Shown here piece by piece: positions 56,353 to 64,000 of a stretch of 64,000 nt of DNA. The position numbers and the translations under genes are program-made. Below the pieces are notes generated by a model, which was given only the letters and a program-made list of their open reading frames with translations, was not told the origin of the DNA and did no database searches. This stretch comes from Octopus vulgaris (Eukaryota): contig OX597815.1 in NCBI GenBank assembly GCA_951406725.2, positions 196,230,001 to 196,294,000 on the forward strand, written 5' to 3'. The first letter of the stretch is position 1. Each line of letters opens with the position of its first letter.

Positions 56353-56355
<3 letters not shown>
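56282..56355. repeat. Near-perfect 35-bp-arm palindrome (inverted partial duplication of the hammerhead-like element)
   Basis: ttcgtcgctttgagaccgcgacctgttcactgaca-aaaa-tgttagtgaacagatcgcggtctcaaagcgacgaa. Confidence 0.92.
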
Positions 56356-56411
<56 letters not shown>

Positions 56412-56418
<7 letters not shown>

Positions 56419-56600
56419 TTTACGAAAGAAACAAAAGACGAAGACAGGTGATGTAGAAAACAAACAGATGTATTAGTATAACGCTTAGGAATAGAACAAG
56501 TCTTTTACGTTTCGAGCCTATGCTCTTCAACAGAAAAGGACACAGAAAAAACAAGGAGAGAAAAATATGCGTGTAGTGGCTAATGATCTATCATGGCGAC
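56412..56600 (-). mobile_element. Family H1 hammerhead-like element, copy 3
   Basis: Minus strand tttt-CTGTTGA-a-gagc-atag-gctc-GAA-acgt-a-aaag at 56502-56537; (TA)n on both sides. Confidence 0.8.
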
Positions 56601-56699
56601 TATATATATATAAATTTATACCAACGTAAGCACTGAATATAAACTGTACGACGTTTTAGTGATATCTATGGGATGTTTATACAGCTCTAATAATCCTCT

Positions 56700-56880
56700 G
56701 TATTAACACCATAAGACCTAACATTTTGGGGAGGGGATGAGTAGATTACATCGACCCAAGTATGTAACTGGTACTTAATTTATTCACGCTGAAAGGATGA
56801 AAGGCAAGGTGGATACCGGCGGCATTGAACTCAGAACGTGAAGACATACGAAACACTGCTAAGTATTTCAACGGGCTTGC
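56700..56880 (-). mobile_element. Older SINE family A copy
   Basis: gattacatcgaccc...ctggtact...aaaggatgaaaggcaa...tgaactcagaacgt. Confidence 0.75.
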
Positions 56881-57051
56881 TAATTTCGCATTCATATTTT
56901 AAAAGTGTAGATTTTTGTTACATAAAAAAAATGAAAATATTATTCTATACTAATTTAGTTAATTGTAAGATAGAAATTTAAATACAATAAAATGTTTTCA
57001 AAGAAATTTAAAGTGCTTACAGGATAACTGTAAACCTATTTTGGGGGTGAA

Positions 57052-57126
<75 letters not shown>

Positions 57127-57471
57127 TTATACACACACACGCAAATGAATATTGATTTATTATGTTAGAAGAACGTCTCAAATTTGCAGAGAAAGCATTT
57201 CGAATCAATTACCGCGACCTCGATATACGACAAGCACTTATTTTTATAGATTTTATCACTCTTAACTGAGGAACTGATTCTGACTGAAAGTGACGTGATT
57301 AAATACATGCCAGGCGTTCTGCCGTTTGTAAAACGCCTTCGCCATTTTAGATTTTCCGAAACATTCTTTGATGAATCTTAAAGAAGAGACTTTGTGGCAT
57401 ATACATAGAGATAGATTTCTTAGAATCCAACAATCCTCGTACATATATGCATACACATTCACATACATACA

Positions 57472-57505
<34 letters not shown>

Positions 57506-57522
57506 CATACATGTATATATAT

Positions 57523-57587
<65 letters not shown>

Positions 57588-57588
<1 letters not shown>

Positions 57589-57842
57589 GCCCGTCGTATA
57601 TATGTATGTACATATGTGTTTGCGTGAATGTTTGTGTGTCTGTGTTTATCCCCCTAGTATTGCTTGACAACCGATGCTGGTGTGTTTACGTCCCCGTTAC
57701 TTGGCGGTTCGGAAAAAGAGACCGATAGAATAAGTACTGGGCTTACAAAAGAATAAGTCCCGGGGTCGAGTTGCTCGATTAAAGGCCGTACTCCAGCATG
57801 GCCGTAGTCAAATGACTGAAACAAGTAAAAGAGTAAAAGAGT
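57588..57842 (+). mobile_element. SINE family B, 3' half
   Basis: agcccgtcgtata...gactgaaacaagtaaaagagtaaaaga. Confidence 0.88.
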
Positions 57843-57843
57843 G

Positions 57844-57874
<31 letters not shown>

Positions 57875-57924
57875 GTGTGTGTGTGTGTACATATGTATAT
57901 AAAGCTATAGCATATTTGCAATCA

Positions 57925-58090
57925 AGGAAGACCTGGTTTTCTCTCTCCCCAGCAACAAACAGATGTATTAGTTTAACGCTCGGGAAGTGAGAAAGTATTT
58001 TACGTTTCGAGCCTACGATCTTCGACAGAAACGAACACAGAAATAAACAGGGAGAGAAAATTTTAAAAAAAAAGATCTCGTGGCTATCTA
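57925..58090 (-). mobile_element. Family H1 hammerhead-like element, copy 4
   Basis: Minus strand ttt-CTGTCGA-a-gatc-gtag-gctc-GAA-acgt-a-aaa at 57997-58032. Confidence 0.75.
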
Positions 58091-58414
58091 TATAAATGAG
58101 AGTGTATAGTATTTCAAGCGTGTACAATTAGATGTACGTATTATAATAAATCGCTCCATGAAGTATCGTCGCAAATCTGTGTCCAGTTGCTGTGCGAACA
58201 CTCACTATATAGGATGCAATGAGACACCATGAAAAAATGTGCGTGTATGTTTGTATACCGCCTACTCCAGAACACGATAGAAATCCGAAAGCAATTTGGC
58301 CGGCATTGTATCGGTGTGACAGCACGCCGCTTTAATTTTGTGTATTGATACATCGCAAACTTAAACATATATTATCATATTATAAATCTGATTAAAGTTC
58401 GAATCTATAAATAT

Positions 58415-58596
58415 TCTTTTCTACAAGGCTTAAAATTCGAAGGAGGAGAATAGTCAATTACATCGGCTCCAGTACTCAAGCATTGGCTATTTTATCCGAG
58501 AGGATGAAAGAAAAAGTCGACCTTGGTAGAACTTGAACTCACATCGCAAGGAAGCATTTTGCTCGGCGTACTAACGATTCTGCCAGTTCATCGTCT
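58415..58596 (-). mobile_element. Older SINE family A copy
   Basis: aggatgaaag..aaagtcgacct...ttgaactc...ctaacgattctgccag. Confidence 0.7.
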
Positions 58597-58686
58597 TATA
58601 TTAGAATCTATAAAAAATAACTGTATATCCAGACTATTTCGTTATTGGAACCAGCTAGTTTCTATACGGCACAGAAGTGACTGTGA

Positions 58687-58843
58687 GGTGCAGGAGTAGT
58701 TGTGTGGTAAGTAGCTTGTTTACCAACCACATGGTTACGGGTTCATTTCCACTGCGTTACACCTTGCCTTCTACTATAGCCTCGGGCCAACCAAAGCCTT
58801 GTGAGTGGATTTGGCAGACGGAAACTGAAAGAAGCCCGTCGTA

Positions 58844-58909
<66 letters not shown>

Positions 58910-58911
58910 TA

Positions 58912-58947
<36 letters not shown>

Positions 58948-59193
58948 TGTATGTATTATGTATGTATGTATGTGTATGTGTGTGTATATGTTTGTGTGTA
59001 TGTGTTTGTCCCCCAACATCGCTTGACAACCGATGGTGGTGTGTTTACATCCCCGTTACAATAGCGGTTCGGCAAAAGAGACCGATAGAATAAGTACAAG
59101 GCTTCTAAAGAATAAGTCCTGGAGTCGATTAGCTCGACTAAAGGCGATGCTCGAGCATGGCCGCAGTCAAAAGACTGCAATAAGTAAATGAGC
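58687..59193 (+). mobile_element. SINE family B
   Basis: Matches other copies; long central (TA)/(TATG)n. Confidence 0.92.
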
Positions 59194-60027
59194 AAATGTG
59201 TATTTATAAAGTGGAAAACAATTTAGATATAATCCAATGGATGCAAAACTGTGTTTAGTTAAGTCAATACTTAACCGAAAGATAGCATAATTTTTACTGT
59301 TTTCATTTATTTTTAATATTTGGTATTCTTATTATCTGTGGTTATATGGTAATACATTTTTTACATGATCATGCACGTGTGAAATCGAAGATGAAAAAAA
59401 AATTTTATCAAATATCACTTAACGTGTGGTAGTTTCTATAGCAACGTAAATGCAAAACGCGATTGATCTTTAGCTCCTCTGTTATATATATTGTATACAA
59501 ACGCATATATTACGAGTTGGACACAACCGAGTTGTTGTTAAATGAGATATTTTAGTTTCATAAGAAAAAAAATTTTAAATTCATAGAGAAAATGTATTTA
59601 TTATTTTATAGATACAGATAAGCTGATAGAAAGAGAAATCCACTTCAAAATGTAGAAAATAAAGAAAAAAATATCAACCAACTGAATAAGAATTCATAAT
59701 ACTTTACAATTCCCAATATCGTTACGTAGTCAGACTGTGTACTCGGTGTAGAATGAAGCTTACATTTCATGGAGACAATGCTAATGAAATGCAGATGAGT
59801 TAATATATTTTGTTATCGTTAAGTTTTTCAAATTTATTCTGAATAGAAATAGCAAAAGCGATAAACACAAAATGCGCTTATCAAATTCAGATGAGAGATA
59901 TCTATGGTTTATTTGAAACGAATGTTAATTTTGAAATTTTGAAGATCAGAAGAAAATATGATTTCGAAATTGTGAAGGAAGTGGTTTGGAGTTTATGCGA
60001 GAAAATGCCATCCACATACAGATACAC

Positions 60028-60092
<65 letters not shown>

Positions 60093-60149
60093 GGTGTGTG
60101 TGTGTGTATGTGTGTTTGTGTGTGAGTGTGTGTGCGCGCGCTTGTGCAT

Positions 60150-60333
60150 TCGCAATGATAGATGGCTAGCCACTACACATTCTTTATTTTCTGTTCTTGT
60201 TTCTTTCTGTGTTATTTCTGTGGAAGAGCGTAGGCTCGAAATATTAAAGACTTTTTCACTTCCCGAGCGTTATATTAATACATCTGTTTGCTGTCTACAC
60301 CACTTGTTTTCGTTTTTTTTTGTGAATTCTCCG
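60150..60333 (+). mobile_element. Family H1 hammerhead-like element, copy 5
   Basis: ttt-CTGTGGA-a-gagc-gtag-gctc-GAA-atat-t-aaag at 60215-60249; lies in a TG/TA microsatellite. Confidence 0.8.
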
Positions 60334-61159
60334 CGTATATAAATACATACATACATGCACATACATACATACATATATACATATATATGTATATGTATGT
60401 GTATACATGTGTCTGTGTATACATCTGTACACACACATACATATATATACATATACATATACACATACATATATATCTATATATACGCACATACACACAT
60501 ATATGTATGTATATACATATGTGTTTTTGTTTATTCATGAAAACACACAAACACACAACGGCAAGCGTGCTAGTATAAAATTGCACAAACACATCAGACT
60601 TAATTTAATCTTATGGTAATATAATTATAAAATATCTACAATGAACAAGATATCAGCCTCTGGTTAGTGTTTTCCATGACTTGAATTTAACTTGGAATTG
60701 AATTAAAGCTTACTTCATCTATTCGGCTAATAATTTGGCAAATCCATCAGCTGTGTATCTGTACGTAATAAAAAAATACGAAGTTCCTCCTCTATAAAAT
60801 ATGAGCAGTTTTTGTCTAATCATTAGATATTTCTGTAGTATATTTATATTATGTTATCTAAGAGCTGCAGCTGATCGACTTAACTGGGTGTTCGCTTACC
60901 ACCCAAGAGATACACTGATTATATGTAATCATTTCATTTAACTATATTTTAAATACTGTTGAGCCTACGCATGGTCATGCCTCCTGCTAGAATTAATACC
61001 CAAAGTTTCCGCAAATCACGTCAGCGGTAAAAAAATAAAAGAGTGATGTTATGTATGCCCTGTGGCTAAAAATAAGAGACAAATCACATTTTGGAAATGT
61101 CGGTGATTATAGGTCAGCCTCATTAGTATTCATTTGGGTAAAATATGAAGTATCTTATG

Positions 61160-61755
61160 GGCGATTTGCAAGGCAGAATTGTTAGCACGCCGAAGAAAAT
61201 GCTTAGCGGCATTTGGTATGCCGCTACGTTCTGAGTTCAAATTCCGCCGAGGTCCACTTGGCCTTTCATCCTTTCGGGGTCGATTAAATAAGTACCAGTT
61301 ACACACTGGGGTCTATATAAACGACTTAATCTGTTTGTTTGTCCTTGTTTGTCCTCTCTGTGTTTAGCCCCTTGTGGGTAGTAAAGAAATAGGTATGCCT
61401 TTACGTTCGGAGTTTAACTGTAGCCGGAGTTGTCTTTCCCTCTCCTCCTTTCGGAGCCAATAAATTAAGTACCAATTGAGCACGTTGTAATCGATTTGAG
61501 CCCTCTCCTGAAGTTGCTGGCCTTGTGCCAAAATCTGAAACCGATATAAGCATAGATTAAAACAGAGGCGTTGGCAGACTCCTTAACATCTCGGGCAAAA
61601 TGCTTAGCGGCATTTCCTATGTCTTTACAACGTTCTGAGATTAAATTCCACTGAGACGTGCTTTGCCTTTCATCATTTCGGGAGAAATTGGAGTCGATGT
61701 AATTGACTTAGCTCCTTCTCCGAAATTGCTGACCTTGTCCTAAAATTTGAAATCG
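61160..61755 (+). mobile_element. Cluster of family A SINEs (dimer 61160-61545, older copy 61567-61755)
   Basis: Repeated gttctgagttcaaattcc / gcctttcatcctttcggg / ttgctggccttgtgccaaaa segments. Confidence 0.85.
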
Positions 61756-61874
61756 ATATATGCATAGCTTGGGAAACGAATTGTAAAACTGGTAATATTG
61801 GAAAATATTTATTAATATATGGTTTTATTAGCTTTCTGAACCGATTTCAAATATTTGTACGTCACTTTAGTATT

Positions 61875-62275
61875 GTGGAAGCACTCCGTCTGTTACGACG
61901 ATGAGGGTTCCGGTTGATCCGAATCAACGGAACAGCCTGCTCGTGAAATTAACGTGTAAGTCGCTGAGCACTCCACAGACAAGTGTACCCTTAACGTAGT
62001 TCTCGGGGATATTCAGCGTGACACAGAGTGTGACAAGGCCGGCACTTTGAAATACAGGTACAACAGAAACAGGAAGTAAGAGTGAGAGAAAGTTGTGGTG
62101 AAAGAGTACAGCAGGGATCACCACCATCCCCTGCCGGAGCCTCGTGGAGCTTTTTAAGTATTTTCGCTCAATAAACACTCACAACGCCCGGTCTGGGAAT
62201 CGAAACCGCGAGTCTATGACCGCGAGTCTATGACCGCAAGTCCGCTGCCCTAACCACTGGGCCATTGCGCCTCCA
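61875..62275 (-). mobile_element. tRNA-headed SINE family C, full length
   Basis: Head ggaggcgcaatggcccagtggttagggc, B box ggtttcgattccc; 12-bp TSD cactttagtatt at 61863-61874 and 62276-62287; 14-bp internal duplication near 62206-62235. Confidence 0.92.
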
Positions 62276-62699
62276 CACTTTAGTATTAATATATATTCAA
62301 TTGACACTCGAGCTCATTTCAGCTTTATCTTCTCCTCCTTCCATCTCTCCATCCGTCCTTCACACTTTCTATCTGTTCCTTTTTATCGACGTCGTCCCTT
62401 AAATGTATTTTGAAGCCTTACTTTCCTATTTGCACCATCGGCTACTGCGGCTCAGGAATTTCAGGAGAATACTGCGGGTAGCTGAAAATAGGGTTGTCCG
62501 AGTAATTGCATACAATAACAGAAACATTGTAATAATGACATTTTACTAGAATATATAAAACAATGTGTTTATCAAAATATATTCACAATTAAATAGCAAG
62601 GATAGTACCGAGAGTATAGAAAAAGAATAAAAAGAAAATAAACGGAGAAAGAAAAGTTTTATATATCACTTAAAGAGTAATGACCTCTCTGAATCATGA

Positions 62700-62715
62700 T
62701 GTGAGTACTTCTGTA

Positions 62716-62749
<34 letters not shown>

Positions 62750-63200
62750 TGTGTTTGTGTGAGTGCCTGTGTGTTCATGTTAGAGGGACTATGGATACGT
62801 GCTTAGGTGTATATGTATCTGTGTGTGTGTGTATATGTTTCAGTGTTTGTGTTAGTGTGTCCTTGTCTGCGTGCATACGTGAGTGTATGTTTGCGTATAT
62901 ACATGTCTGTGTGTGTATCTGTGAGTGTTAGTGTGTGTGTGTGTGTGTGTCCGTGTATGCATGCGTATGTTCGTGAGTGTGAGCTTATATACGTGTATAA
63001 GTGTGTCTGTGTGTATGTGTGTCTGTGTGTATGTGTGTCTGTGTGTGCATGCTTACGTTAATGTGAATACGTACACGTGCATATGCGTATGTGTATATAT
63101 GTGTATGTGCGTGTGTGTTTGTCCGTGTGTGTATGCGTGCGTATGTGAGTGTGACTATATATAGGTGTACATGTGTATGTATGTTTGTCTGTGTGTGTGA
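62700..63200. repeat. Degenerate (TG)n-rich tract
   Basis: Direct reading. Confidence 0.9.
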
Positions 63201-63708
63201 GGGGATTATATGTGAACGTATAATTTTGCTTCTTTCCTCCTCGTTATACACGTGTACGTATGTGTCGTGTATGAGGTTTATTACATCCACATGTGTATGT
63301 GTAGGCGTCAAATTACGACCCATTATTTCTAGTATTTTAGATGTTAAACAGAAATTCCTGGAATTGTCAAACAATCATTAAGATCTTATTTCGTTTTAAA
63401 TGTCTCACCGAAATATGAATTAAATAACACTGTACTCTTTACTTAGCCATTTCGTTACCATTTAGATCAGGAAAACGACGTATTCTATGCAAATTAGCTT
63501 ATATCACCCATAATATCAATTCTCTGATGATTTAATGAAAATGCAAATTACTGATTCTTTTATGCATCACATAATTTATCACATAGAATAATGTTTACCG
63601 AATATTTCGGAAGTTAAAAAGTGTGTGTGTGCGCGCAGAGATATTTGAGAGATGTGAGCAGGGAAGGTCATTGTGTAATGTAGTGAAGGATACGAAGCGT
63701 AGATCTAG

Positions 63709-63833
<125 letters not shown>

Positions 63834-63927
63834 TACATATATATACATACATACACACACATACACATGTATATAGTCCCTCACGAGCTGAAATTAGTTT
63901 AAGAGTTATAAATAGCTCAAGTATACA

Positions 63928-64000
63928 TACGTGATCTGATCAATAAGTATCCGGACTGTTGCCATAGTAACGAAGATAAAGTACGTAGAGTGAAGCCGCT
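63928..64000. mobile_element. Start of a probable mariner-type MITE (runs off the window)
   Basis: ta-cgtgatctgatcaataagtatccggac resembles mariner TIR starts; the partner TIR is not visible. Confidence 0.45.

Noticed and set aside
56282-56355. pre-miRNA hairpin
   Set aside because: Better explained as an inverted duplication of a repeat end, since the left arm extends into the complete hammerhead-like motif; no expression evidence.

Overview
This is AT-rich, microsatellite-saturated eukaryotic DNA. Its SINE repertoire (tRNA-headed Meta/MESC- and CORE-domain families) looks cephalopod, most likely Octopus, though this is inferred from repeat recognition and not from a database search. I find no convincing intact protein-coding gene: nearly all supplied ORFs are translations of simple repeats or SINEs, so the window is probably intergenic or a large intron. 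It holds many SINE copies, Tc1/mariner MITEs, an internally deleted mariner, a non-autonomous Helitron, a TTAGGG-carrying TIR element, and RTE and L1/Tx1 fragments. The most interesting signal is a set of at least four sequence-unrelated short repeat families that each contain a minimal type I hammerhead-ribozyme-like fold of the Penelope-like-element kind. They include a copy with a compensatory G3:C8 core swap, a five-copy family with an A6U core that varies at the free position 7, and a tRNA-headed SINE ending in such a motif. There is also a 169-bp apparent target-site duplication and several long inverted repeats. All folds were read by eye, and no ribozyme activity has been shown.
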